The notes: generated by a model from the sequence alone, not told the origin. A DNA stretch of 64,000 nucleotides from an uncultured Dehalococcoidia bacterium (GCA_958295765.1 CATQHB010000002.1:816091-880090), one strand, 5' to 3'. Numbered from the stretch's first letter, positions 33,141-42,357 are shown. Made by a program: numbers and translations.

Positions 33141-34058
33141 TTGACTACCAGAACTATTGTCGGCAGCGGCAAATATACCTACGAGATGAATACCGATTGG
33201 GCCAAGCTGCCCGAGGGTTGGGCGATGCCCGCCGCCGCCGTTTACGGCGATTCCCAGGATCGGGTCTATTGTTTCAACCGGGACCCGGACCATCCCGTAG
33301 TCATCTTCGACCGGGAGGGCAACTATCTCAACTCCTGGGGCGCGGGACTTTTCCTGTTTCCCCACGCCATCATCATTGACTCCGAGGACAATGTATGGCT
33401 GGTGGAGCGCAACGACGGCCAGATTATGAAGTTCACTCCCGACGGGGAACTGCTGATGACCATCGGGACCAAAGGTTACCGCTCCGACACCGGCGTGGAC
33501 AATTCCGTGTTCAGTTCCAACGCCTGGCCTGACGTGGTGCGAGGCGCCGAACCCTTTAACCTGCCGGCCGGAATCGCGGTCAATGACGCCGGAGAGGTGT
33601 TTATTGCCGACGGTTACGCCAACGCCCGGGTTCACAAGTTTACCCCCGAAGGCCAGTTAATCAAGTCCTGGGGCGGCCCCGGTTCCGAACCGGGCCAGTT
33701 CAACCTGCCTCACGGCGCCTGGATTGACCGCAAGGGCCGGCTGCTGATTGCCGACCGGGAGAATGACCGCATCCAGGTGTTTGACCAGGAAGGGGAGCAT
33801 CTCACCGACTTTCCTACCAAGCTGATTGGCCCGGCGGTCATCTATGTGGATGACGAGGATATTGTGTACGTGGCGGAGCACAACGGCGGGCTGGTGAGCA
33901 TCCTGAACCTGGACGGGGAATTGCTGGCCCAATGGGGTTCCATGACCCACCGCTCCTGCCACGGCATCTGGGTGGACTCCCACAAAGACCTGTACGTGGT
34001 GGAACCCTACGAAGGCAGCCAGGGCCGGACCGTGGTGAAGTTCGTCCGCCAGGGCTAG
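33141..34058 (+). CDS. NHL-repeat six-bladed beta-propeller protein (peptidyl-alpha-hydroxyglycine lyase-like)
   Basis: 305 aa. TTG start 6 nt after AGAGGAGG. Repeated D..G.(I/V)(Y/W)V(A/V)(D/E) blades. Confidence 0.7.
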   Translation: MTTRTIVGSGKYTYEMNTDWAKLPEGWAMPAAAVYGDSQDRVYCFNRDPDHPVVIFDREGNYLNSWGAGLFLFPHAIIIDSEDNVWLVERNDGQIMKFTPDGELLMTIGTKGYRSDTGVDNSVFSSNAWPDVVRGAEPFNLPAGIAVNDAGEVFIADGYANARVHKFTPEGQLIKSWGGPGSEPGQFNLPHGAWIDRKGRLLIADRENDRIQVFDQEGEHLTDFPTKLIGPAVIYVDDEDIVYVAEHNGGLVSILNLDGELLAQWGSMTHRSCHGIWVDSHKDLYVVEPYEGSQGRTVVKFVRQG

Positions 34059-34093
34059 GGGCCGGCTTGTAATCAGAGTGAGCAAAACCGGGT

Positions 34094-34213
34094 CTTTTAA
34101 TGGTCAGACTGAACGGAGCGAAGGGTCTAAAATCCATCGGGCAAGTCAACGCAGGTTCCGTCAGGATTTTAGATTCTTCCTACGCACCGCTCTATCAGGA
34201 TGACGATTAAAAG
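34094..34213. repeat. Family-d palindromic element (variant)
   Basis: GACTGAACGGAGCGAAGGGTCTAAAATCC ... GGATTTTAGATTCTTCCTACGCACCGCTC. Outer CTTTTAAT/ATTAAAAG inverted ends. Confidence 0.7.
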
Positions 34214-34412
34214 GCCCTTTCTTTGCCACCGGCAGCCGGAAGGAAAGGCCCGGAGTTTCCCCTGCTGACACCCATCAGTAAAGACAAACATTTACGCCCA
34301 TTCGTGTCCATTCGTAGTTAAACCAACCGCCCCTCTACTGACATTTGCCGATAGACAACCGGCCAGTGTTTCCTATATACAATGTTGCCAAAGCCGGGGA
34401 GGTGATGGTACA

Positions 34413-34898
34413 TTGCAAGATAATCAATCCGGTCAAATGCGCCCGTCCCGGGAAAGTATCTGGAGCATCCCCCGGCACCTGCGCCGCTGGTATGCCGGGG
34501 TTTTCATCCTCCAGTATTTCAGCTTCCTGGGGCTGACCATCTGGGAAAAGGTACAACAGCAGCAACTTGGGGCAGACCTGGCCGAAATGGTACTAACGGC
34601 CAACCGGGGCATGGGCCCCCACATCCCCAACATAGTAGCGAGCGCCTACGTAATAGTGGAGGGAATCATGCTGGCAGAATGGCTGAGAGAATGGGACCAG
34701 CGCCGGGTAGAACGGGCGGAGGAAAGAGGCCGGGGAGAGGGCTTGGAAGAGGGCCTGGAAAAGGGCCGGGATGCAGAGCGTCAACTCTGGGAAGCCTGGT
34801 ACGAACGACATCAAACCGCCCTCCGCGAAGGCAAACCCTTTGACGAACCGCCCCCGTCTGGCCCGGCATCCGGCGCCAATAGCAGGAACGGCCAGTAA
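34413..34898 (+). CDS. Hypothetical membrane protein with a charged, Trp-containing C-terminal module
   Basis: 161 aa with two hydrophobic segments. The C-terminal module LAEWLREWDQRRVERAEERG...LWEAWYERHQ is duplicated in the next ORF. Confidence 0.45.
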   Translation: MQDNQSGQMRPSRESIWSIPRHLRRWYAGVFILQYFSFLGLTIWEKVQQQQLGADLAEMVLTANRGMGPHIPNIVASAYVIVEGIMLAEWLREWDQRRVERAEERGRGEGLEEGLEKGRDAERQLWEAWYERHQTALREGKPFDEPPPSGPASGANSRNGQ

Positions 34899-34931
34899 TA
34901 ACTTACCTCAGGGAGTAATCAGGAGGGAATT

Positions 34932-35165
34932 ATGCTGGCAGAATGGCTGAGAGAATGGGACCAGCGCCGGGTAGAACGGGCGGAGAAAAGGGGCTTGGAA
35001 GAGGGGTTGGAAAAGGGCCGGGAACAGGCCCGGGAAGAGCGCCGGCTCTGGGAAGCCTGGTACGAACGCCAGCAGGCCGCCTTCCATGAAGGCAAACCCT
35101 CCGACGAGCCGCCCCCATCGCCGCCAAGCCATCAACCCACTAATAGGCCCCAATGGTTTTACTGA
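34932..35165 (+). CDS. Stand-alone duplicate of the C-terminal module of 34413..34898
   Basis: 77 aa. AGGAGGG SD. The first 54 nt are identical to 34668..34721. Confidence 0.45.
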   Translation: MLAEWLREWDQRRVERAEKRGLEEGLEKGREQAREERRLWEAWYERQQAAFHEGKPSDEPPPSPPSHQPTNRPQWFY

Positions 35166-35410
35166 CGGGTGGATGAGTCGCTAAACTCCGGCGCCTCCCC
35201 ACCCATTTAATCCAACCTCCATAGTTCCCGCTGTCTCCCCACCACCATTCCCGTGAAAACTGGAGCGACGGGCGAGGCGCAAGTCCGCACGCCCCCGGCA
35301 GGCGTAGCATGCATATATCAATACCTGATCGTACCCGGCGCCTCAGCAGGAAAAAATCCCCGGCCCGGACTATAATGTGGGAATACTCTGCCCCCTCAAG
35401 GACTTTGTTT

Positions 35411-36958
35411 ATGCGCTTGCTTATGACCCTTGCGACCCTGGTAGCCATCGCCGCCCTGTTGCCGGCCCTGTTCATCCTGCTTGGCCCGATACATCCGGCC
35501 CAGGCCCAGGAGGACGAAATACGGCTGCTGTCCCACCGGGTGGAAAGCCATTTCCCGGACCGCGTCCGGTTCTTTGTGGAAGCCGCCGGGCCGGACGAAA
35601 TCAACGACATCCGGGTCTATCTGAAAACCATCGGCCAGACCAGCCGCAGCTCTTACCGGCAGGTGGAGTTTGACCCCGGCGCCACCATCAGCGGCGAGGC
35701 CGAACTGCTCAGCGGCGGCAACAACTACTTCCCCCCCGGCACCCGTATGGCTTACTCCTTCGAGATTCGGGACGCCGCCGGGCGCGTCCTCCGCACCGAG
35801 GAGGAGGTCTTTGTGTACCTGGATACCCGGTTTCAGTGGCTCACTGTCTCCGACGGGCTGATTACGGTCTATTACAACAACCCGATAGTGGAAAATCGGG
35901 CGCAGCACGTCCTGGAAACGGCCCGCGCTACCCTGGAACAAATGGGGCCGGTGCTGGGCATCAACCCGGAACATCCCCTGCACATCGTTACCTACCACAA
36001 CTACCGGGATATGATTGGCGCCCTGCCCTTCCGCTCCCGGGCCACCCAGGAACAACTGCAAACCTCCGGTATGGCCTTTGATGAGGAACGGGTGCTGCTG
36101 GTTTACAGCGGCGGGTCGGGGGTAACCGGCACCACGGCCCACGAGTTCACCCACCTGCTGGTCGGGGACGCCGTAGGGCGGGCTTATGCCCGGGTGCCGG
36201 CCTGGTTGAATGAAGGACTGGCCGAGTATGGGGATTTTACCGGCGATGACGACTACAACAACTTTCTGATACCCGCCATCCGCTCCGGTGAGGTGCGCCC
36301 CCTGTGGCACCAGGGAACTTTCAGCGGCACCCCGCGGGAAATCCTGGTGGCCTACGGGCAGGGCAAATCGGTGGTGGAGTACCTGGTTTCCACCTATGGC
36401 GAAGGCAGAATGTCCGAGTTGATGCAGGCCATCACCATCACCCTGGACATAGACAAAGCCCTGAAACAGGTATATGGCCTGGACCAGTACGAACTGGACA
36501 GCGCCTGGCGCCGGTCGCTGGGCCTTGAGCCGTTGCCCCGGCCTCAGGAGGCTACGCCGGCGCCTAGACCCACGCCGCGACCGCCCCGGCCCACGCCCAC
36601 TACCCTTCCGGCGCTGGCCGCCGCCCCGACGACGGCGCCCACCGTACCACCGGCGCCCACCGCAGCGTCGGAACCGGCCCCGGCCCCGGCACCAACAACT
36701 ATACCCACCTTGGCCCCGCCTCCAACCGCTACGGCTGAGCCTTTGGTGGACGCTGCCCAAGCCCCCGCAGCCGTACCAGAAAGCCCCGACACCAACGCCG
36801 GCTCAACCGGAGCGCCGGCAGCCGGGACTTCCCCGGGCGGATGCAATCCCCCGCCAGCGCAAAGCAGCCGGCACGGTGAAATATCCCTGCTGGTCCTGCT
36901 GGTCAGCCCGTTGGCAATGCTGGCAACTTTAAGGGTTTTGGGAAGGCGACGGGCGTAG
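35411..36958 (+). CDS. Peptidase-MA-like zinc metalloprotease, membrane/secreted, with Pro/Thr/Ala-rich tail and C-terminal TM anchor
   Basis: HEFTHLL ... NEGLAEY. Signal-like N-terminus MRLLMTLATLVAIAALL. The ORF is open from 35309. Confidence 0.75.
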   Translation: MRLLMTLATLVAIAALLPALFILLGPIHPAQAQEDEIRLLSHRVESHFPDRVRFFVEAAGPDEINDIRVYLKTIGQTSRSSYRQVEFDPGATISGEAELLSGGNNYFPPGTRMAYSFEIRDAAGRVLRTEEEVFVYLDTRFQWLTVSDGLITVYYNNPIVENRAQHVLETARATLEQMGPVLGINPEHPLHIVTYHNYRDMIGALPFRSRATQEQLQTSGMAFDEERVLLVYSGGSGVTGTTAHEFTHLLVGDAVGRAYARVPAWLNEGLAEYGDFTGDDDYNNFLIPAIRSGEVRPLWHQGTFSGTPREILVAYGQGKSVVEYLVSTYGEGRMSELMQAITITLDIDKALKQVYGLDQYELDSAWRRSLGLEPLPRPQEATPAPRPTPRPPRPTPTTLPALAAAPTTAPTVPPAPTAASEPAPAPAPTTIPTLAPPPTATAEPLVDAAQAPAAVPESPDTNAGSTGAPAAGTSPGGCNPPPAQSSRHGEISLLVLLVSPLAMLATLRVLGRRRA

Positions 36959-37012
36959 TGGAGGATAGTCAGTTCTCCCTTCCGGTATTCTCAACGCCAT
37001 TGAAAATTCCAT

Positions 37013-37106
37013 GTCATTCCGAGCAAAGCGAGGAATCTAAACTCCTGCATAAGTGAGATTTCCGCCGGAATAGGCATTTTAGATTCCTCCCTGCGGTCGG
37101 AATGAC
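37013..37106. repeat. Family-d palindromic element
   Basis: GTCATTCCGAGCAAAGCGAGGAATCTAAA ... TTTAGATTCCTCCCTGCGGTCGGAATGAC. A solo family-c TIR fragment lies at 36984-37007. Confidence 0.85.
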
Positions 37107-37204
37107 AGGCTAATCAAGCGGTCGGATGACAGACTAATCGGTCGGAACGACGTACCAACTGCGTAACCCATAGACATTCCTTGTCAGGTCATTTTCAGGC
37201 AAAC

Positions 37205-37233
37205 GTAGGGGCGGGTTTGGAACCCGCCCCTAC
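37205..37233. repeat. Solo family-c core hairpin
   Basis: GTAGGGGCGGGTTTGGAACCCGCCCCTAC, about 30 nt downstream of the permease stop. It could act as a terminator. Confidence 0.7.
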
Positions 37234-37263
37234 TCGTGGCGTAGTGAAAAAACCCTGGCGGCG

Positions 37264-38241
37264 TCAACGGGCGCGGGGGTTGAAGGAATCGTTCACCCCG
37301 TCCCCCAGCAGGCTGAAGGTGAACAGGAGCAGCACCAGCACCCCGGAGGGAACCAGGGTCAGGTGAGGGTCGCTGCGCAGCACTGAAATGTTGCCGTTCT
37401 CGAAAATCATCACCCCCAGGCTGGGCGTGGGCGGCTGGATGCCAATTCCCAACCAGCTGAGCACAATTTCCGCCCCGGCGATGGCCCCCAGTCCCGCCGA
37501 AATCGACACTATAACCGGGCTGATTACGTTGGGCAGCAGGTGGATGCCCAGGATCCGGCGGGTGGACGAACCCATGGAACGGGCGGCCTCGACGTACTGA
37601 TTTTCCCGGGCCTGCAACACCTGGCCCCGCACCAGCCGGGCCATCCCGAACCAGGAAAAGGCGGCCAGGGCCAGGGAAATTACCAGGTAGTCCACAATCC
37701 CCAACCGCACAATCCAATCAATTCCCGAGGCGTCCTCAAAGTCCCGCACCCATTGCAGGATGCGCGGCTTGACCGTGGCAACGATGATGAGTACCAGGAA
37801 AATGTCGGGAAAGGCGGAGGTTACTTCGCCCACCCGCATTATGACGCCGTCGGCCCAGCGCCCGAAGTAGCCGGCAATCAGCCCCAAGGCAATCCCCAGC
37901 ACCAGGGCGCCGGTAACCAGGGAAATTACGGTAATAATCACCGTAGTCCGCAGGCCGTACATCACTCGGGTCATCAAGTCCCGGCCCAGCCGGTCGGTGC
38001 CCAACGGATGGGTCAGGCTCGGCCCCTCCTTGGCTACCGCCAGGTTCTGGTCATTGTAGCCGTAGGGGGCCACCAGCGGGGCAAAGATTCCCGACCCGTA
38101 CATTATGGCGATGATGCACAGGCAGACCACCGACAACTTCTTTCGCAGCAGCCGCCGCAGAGAGAGGTAAAAGTAGCCTCGGGAGCGCGGTTCGGCGTCG
38201 GGCAGGGCCAGCCGTTGGGCTTCATCCCGCAACGTAGTCAC
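37264..38241 (-). CDS. ABC transporter permease (DppC/OppC type)
   Basis: 325 aa, polytopic. Adjacent to a DppB-type permease and a family-5 SBP. Confidence 0.85.
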   Translation of the reverse strand: MTTLRDEAQRLALPDAEPRSRGYFYLSLRRLLRKKLSVVCLCIIAIMYGSGIFAPLVAPYGYNDQNLAVAKEGPSLTHPLGTDRLGRDLMTRVMYGLRTTVIITVISLVTGALVLGIALGLIAGYFGRWADGVIMRVGEVTSAFPDIFLVLIIVATVKPRILQWVRDFEDASGIDWIVRLGIVDYLVISLALAAFSWFGMARLVRGQVLQARENQYVEAARSMGSSTRRILGIHLLPNVISPVIVSISAGLGAIAGAEIVLSWLGIGIQPPTPSLGVMIFENGNISVLRSDPHLTLVPSGVLVLLLFTFSLLGDGVNDSFNPRAR

Positions 38242-39169
38242 CTCCCAAGCGGATGCGGGGATCCAACACCGGGTAAATCAAGTCCACCAGCAGGTTAGCC
38301 AGCACGAACAGGGTGGTGCCCAGCAGAGTTACCGCCATAATGATGGGGTAGTCGCGGGCAAACAGGGATTCAATGGTCAGCAGCCCCACGCCGGGGATGC
38401 CGAAGTAAAGCTCGACGATGAAAGAGCCGCTAGCCAAGCCGGCCAGGGAAAAGCCCAGGGTAGTTACTACCGGAATCAGGGCGTTGCGCAGGATGTGGCG
38501 CGCCCGCACCAACCGCTCCGGCAGCCCCTTGGCCCGCGCGGTGCGGATGTAGTCCTGTCCCACCACGTCCAGGGTGCTGGCCCGGGTCAGGCGGGTTACG
38601 ATCGCCACGCCGGGGATGCCCAGCACCAGGGCCGGCAGGATGATGTGGGTTGAGAAAAACCCTTCCCACCCGTGACTGGGCAGCAGGTCCAGTTTCAGGG
38701 AAAAGATGAGCAGCGCAATGGGTATGGTCAGGAATACGTGCATGGACTGGCCGACCAGGGTAAAGGCCACCGTGGCGCTGTCCCACCAGGTGCCTTGCCG
38801 CAGCGCGGCAAAGAGGCCGGCGGCGATGCCCAGCGTTACCGAGATTATCAGGGCGGCAAAGTTCAGTTGGGCCGACACCCAGATGCGCTTTTGCAGCAGT
38901 TCGGTTACGCTCCGGCCCCGGTACTGGTAGCTTTCGCCAAAGTCGCCGTGGGCGACGTTCCAGAGGTAGCGGGTATATTGGGTTACGATGTCGTCATCCA
39001 GCCCCTGCTGCGCCCGAATCCGCTGGGCCACCTCTTCGTTGAAGTGCTGGCCCAGCAGGATTTCTACCGGATCCCCTGGGCCGAAACGGCCCAGGGCAAA
39101 GGTAACGAAGGACGTAATCACCAGCAGGAAGGGAACCCACAGCAGCCGGCGCGCAATGTATGTACCCAC
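38222..39169 (-). CDS. ABC transporter permease (DppB/OppB type)
   Basis: 315 aa. Typical N-terminus YIARRLLWVPFLLVITSFVTF. GTG start. Confidence 0.85.
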   Translation of the reverse strand: MGTYIARRLLWVPFLLVITSFVTFALGRFGPGDPVEILLGQHFNEEVAQRIRAQQGLDDDIVTQYTRYLWNVAHGDFGESYQYRGRSVTELLQKRIWVSAQLNFAALIISVTLGIAAGLFAALRQGTWWDSATVAFTLVGQSMHVFLTIPIALLIFSLKLDLLPSHGWEGFFSTHIILPALVLGIPGVAIVTRLTRASTLDVVGQDYIRTARAKGLPERLVRARHILRNALIPVVTTLGFSLAGLASGSFIVELYFGIPGVGLLTIESLFARDYPIIMAVTLLGTTLFVLANLLVDLIYPVLDPRIRLGGDYVAG

Positions 39170-39201
39170 AGCCTTGCTCCCCTTGCCTCAGTTCAGCCGG
39201 G

Positions 39202-41103
39202 CTATCCCTGCTCCAGGTGGATGTAACGGAACTTGGGAATGGTCATCGGTAGCAGCAGATAGTCCTTGACTTGGGGCTTAACCAGGAAGTACCAATCCTC
39301 GTCGTTCCAGAGCAGCACCCAGGGCGCATCGGCGAGAATCATCCGCTCAGCCCGTTGGTAAAGCTCGATTCGGGTGGTCTGGTCCTGCTCCACCCGGGCC
39401 TGTTCCAGCAGGGCGTCCACCTGCGGGTTGCTGTAGTTGGTGCGATTGCCGTCGCTTTCGCTGTGGAACAGCAAGTCCAGGAAGTTCTCCGGGTCGGGAT
39501 AGTCGGCGCCCCAGGCAATGGAATACATCTGGAAACGCTTGTCGTTCACGTCTTGCAGGAAGGTAGCCCACTCGGTGCGCTGGATGTCAACCTGGATGCC
39601 CAACTCCCGCTCCCAGCTGCCGAGGATTACCTCAAAGCCCAGGGGAGTGGCCGCGCCCAGGCTGCCGGACATACTGAGGGTCAGCCGGGGCAGGTTATCC
39701 AGGTCGCCGCCATACTTGGACTCGGCCAGCAACTGGCGGGCGCGGTCCGGGTCATAGGGATAGGGGTTCAAGTCCGGGTTGTACCCCGGAAACCGGGGGG
39801 GCAGGATGCTCCGGGCCGGTCGAACCGCTCCCTCGTAGGCTACCTCGGCAATCTGGTCCAGGTCAATTGCCAGGTTCAACGCCTCGCGGAACTTGGGGTC
39901 GTCCAGGGGCGCCTCGTTGACGTTCAGGCCGATGTAACTGGTGCTGAAACGCGCCGGGTAGTCCTGCACTTGGGCGTTCAAGGGACTGGACGGATCCAAT
40001 ACCCGCTCCAGGTCGGCCAAGCCGACGCCGGTAACGTCGATCTCGTCATTCTCGTAGAGAATCATCGCCGAACCGCCGGCCAGAATCATCTCCACCTCGT
40101 CCAGGTGGGGCGGCCCCAGGTGGTAATACTCGTTGCGGGCCAGCCGCAGCACCTCGCCTACCGTGTATTCGGCCAACTTGAACGCCCCGGTTCCGTTGGG
40201 TTCGCGAATCCAATCCTCGTTGCCCTCCACGTTGGCCCGGTCCAGGACAAAGCCGGTGGGATAGGTCAGCTTGGCAAGGAAGTAGGCTTTGGGCGCGTCA
40301 ATGGTGATTTGCAGGGTATGGTCGTCAATGACCTGGACGCCGGCAACTTCGGTGGCCGTACCATTCAGTTTTGCCTGAACGCCTACGATGTCGGTGAGGT
40401 ACTGGTCAACTACCGGGGACACGGTCTCCGGGTCGGCCACCCGCTCCAGCGACCACTTTACATCGTGGGCGGTAACCGGCTTGCCGTCATGGAACTTGGC
40501 GTTGGGCCGCAAGTGGAAGGTGTAAACGGTGCCGTCCGCGCTGATGTCCCAGCTTTCCGCCAAGTCGGGGGCCACCGAAAAGCCGAAGGGTTCAATGGTT
40601 ACCAGCCCGCCGAACATCTCATTCACCAGCAGGCCGGAGATATTGTCCTCGGCCAGGTGGGGGTCTAAAGTTGGCGGGTCGCGGAACAGCAGGGTTAAAG
40701 TTCCGCCGTCGGTAGCGGTGCCGCTGCCGCTGTTGGCGGTGCGGGTGCCGGGAACGAAGGGTTCACCGCTGGTTGAAGGTGAGACGGCCGGGGCGCCCGG
40801 AGCAACCGGGGCGACGGTAGCGTCAGGAGTATTCACCGATGACGCCGGGGCCGCTGGCGCCGCCGTGGCCGGCATCGTATCCGGTTGATTCCCCGTTTGG
40901 CTCGCCGGTTGATTCCCCGGTTGATTCATCGCGGCCGGCGGCTCGGCGGCGCTGCCGCTGGCCTGGCCCGGCTCGGCAGCGGGAACCGGGGCCGCCGTTT
41001 CAGTATTTGCCGGGGGTTCGGTCGAGTCGGCGGGAGTAGTGGAACTGCATCCCACCAGGAAAAGGCCAAGAACGGCCAGGAGTATCAGAGTCTTCCAACC
41101 CAT
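39202..41103 (-). CDS. ABC transporter substrate-binding lipoprotein, family 5 (peptide/nickel type)
   Basis: 633 aa. Lipobox LVGCS, a long low-complexity linker, then an SBP5-like body. Confidence 0.85.
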   Translation of the reverse strand: MGWKTLILLAVLGLFLVGCSSTTPADSTEPPANTETAAPVPAAEPGQASGSAAEPPAAMNQPGNQPASQTGNQPDTMPATAAPAAPASSVNTPDATVAPVAPGAPAVSPSTSGEPFVPGTRTANSGSGTATDGGTLTLLFRDPPTLDPHLAEDNISGLLVNEMFGGLVTIEPFGFSVAPDLAESWDISADGTVYTFHLRPNAKFHDGKPVTAHDVKWSLERVADPETVSPVVDQYLTDIVGVQAKLNGTATEVAGVQVIDDHTLQITIDAPKAYFLAKLTYPTGFVLDRANVEGNEDWIREPNGTGAFKLAEYTVGEVLRLARNEYYHLGPPHLDEVEMILAGGSAMILYENDEIDVTGVGLADLERVLDPSSPLNAQVQDYPARFSTSYIGLNVNEAPLDDPKFREALNLAIDLDQIAEVAYEGAVRPARSILPPRFPGYNPDLNPYPYDPDRARQLLAESKYGGDLDNLPRLTLSMSGSLGAATPLGFEVILGSWERELGIQVDIQRTEWATFLQDVNDKRFQMYSIAWGADYPDPENFLDLLFHSESDGNRTNYSNPQVDALLEQARVEQDQTTRIELYQRAERMILADAPWVLLWNDEDWYFLVKPQVKDYLLLPMTIPKFRYIHLEQG

Positions 41104-41309
41104 ACTTAAATCTCCAGTGCAAAGTTATTCAGGATGGACGTGGTTAGGAAATCGGCCTTTACTTCCGTTTCAGGGCCGGTTCAGGGCTGGCGCATAGTGG
41201 TTCACCTCCGGCATTATATTAGCTGGCCCCTCCGATAGCAACATCAGCCAGGGACACAGAGAGGGCAGAGAGTATCTTTCACATCGGTGTTGCTTGGTGG
41301 CTCTGTAAC

Positions 41310-41407
41310 CCGTCGTTCCGGCGAAAGCCGGAATCCAGGAAATCCTCCCGGAAAAGAGCCTGCCCGCTACCGAGCGTTCTGGATTCCGGCTTTCGCCGGA
41401 ACGACGG
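41310..41407. repeat. Family-b palindromic element, copy 5
   Basis: Same arms as the other family-b copies. Confidence 0.9.
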
Positions 41408-41454
41408 TTCCTTGGATTGCCCTGGTTAAGATGCGATTGCCCGGCTAAACCGGC

Positions 41455-41483
41455 TTGAAAGGCGCCCGCTTTTTTGATACGAT
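41455..41483 (+). promoter_or_regulatory. Candidate promoter of the tRNA pair (TTGAAA-17-TGaTACGAT)
   Basis: -35 TTGAAA at 41455-41460 and extended -10 TGATACGAT ending at 41483, about 40 nt upstream of tRNA-His. Confidence 0.4.
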
Positions 41484-41525
41484 ATAGACCGTACGATTTT
41501 CGTACCGGGAATAATCCCGCGACGC

Positions 41526-41603
41526 GGCGAGCGTAGCCAAGAGGCCTAAGGCGCCTGTCTGTGGCACAGGAGATCACGGGTTCGAATCCCGTCGCTCGCC
41601 CCA
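41526..41603 (+). tRNA. tRNA-His (anticodon GTG), with encoded G-1 and CCA
   Basis: Manually folded. G-1 pairs with C73, acceptor GCGAGCG/CGCTCGC, anticodon loop CTGTGGC, T-arm ACGGG-TTCGAAT-CCCGT. Confidence 0.9.
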
Positions 41604-41632
41604 CCTACCGACATTTACCCGACTCCTTATTT

Positions 41633-41708
41633 GCGCCTGTAGCTCAATGGACAGAGCACTGGGCTTCGGACCCAGGGGTTGCGGGTTCGAGTCCTGCCAG
41701 GCGCGCCA
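41633..41708 (+). tRNA. tRNA-Arg (anticodon TCG), CCA encoded
   Basis: Manually folded. Acceptor GCGCCTG/CAGGCGC, D-arm GCTC-AATGGACA-GAGC, anticodon loop CTTCGGA, T-arm GCGGG-TTCGAGT-CCTGC. Confidence 0.9.
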
Positions 41709-41793
41709 CTCTCCACCGTTGCGTTGTATCTCAACTAATCTTACGCATCAGGCTGGCCCCCCGGATGTTTGCCGGAGTTTTCAGTCTATATAT

Positions 41794-41854
41794 CCGCTCA
41801 TGGTGAGCCTGTCGAACCACCAATCCCCTCCTTCGACAAACTCAGGATGAGCGG
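41794..41854. repeat. Family-a hairpin element
   Basis: CCGCTCATGGTGAGCCTGTCGAACCAC...CCTTCGACAAACTCAGGATGAGCGG. A half-copy lies at 42089-42116. Confidence 0.85.
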
Positions 41855-42145
41855 GGTATTTGCCCGGCGGCCTAAACCTGAAAGGGAAAGAATCTGTTGA
41901 TGAACCGGACTATCTGGCTGCTCGGACACCGCTTGAGTATGCTGGGCTACCTGGATGAGGCTTGACGGCTGCGGGAGATTGCCGGCCAGGTTGGCCGGTC
42001 GGAGGAGGACGCGGCGGCAGCGGCGTGGGAAGTGATAAGAGAGCTTTATCGGAGCGGCGGATTTAACCAGTACAAACAAGCGGCCCAACCCGCTCCTGGT
42101 GAGCTTGTCGAACCACTAATGCTTGCTCGGGAAGGAAGGGAGTAA

Positions 42146-42307
42146 TTAACGCCCGTGGCACCGCTTGTATTTCCGGCCACTGCCACAGGGACACTTCTCG
42201 TTCCGGCCGATTTTGCGGCCTTCCTGCCGGGCAATGGCCCGTTTCTCGGCACAGTTATTGCAGGTACACGCCGCCGGATGTTCGGCGTACCAGTTAGCTC
42301 TGACCAT
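42146..42307 (-). CDS. Small SEC-C-motif (SecA C-terminal-type zinc-binding) protein
   Basis: 53-aa ORF below the track cutoff: [53 protein letters not shown]. It ends in the CPCGSGxKYKxCHG metal-binding motif. Confidence 0.6.
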   Translation of the reverse strand: MVRANWYAEHPAACTCNNCAEKRAIARQEGRKIGRNEKCPCGSGRKYKRCHGR

Positions 42308-42357
42308 TATTCACCTGTGAATAGTGCGGATGGTGGGGTTGGGATTGGCCGGCCGGG

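Noticed and set aside
39271-40668. 465-aa plus-strand ORF over the SBP gene
   Set aside because: It is an antisense shadow ORF, whereas the minus-strand SBP has a lipobox and the family-5 pattern.
41963-41965. In-frame TGA as selenocysteine or read-through
   Set aside because: I see no SECIS-like hairpin immediately downstream, there is no redox-type Cys/Sec context, and the ORF tail runs into a repeat. A pseudogene or a chance ORF is more likely.
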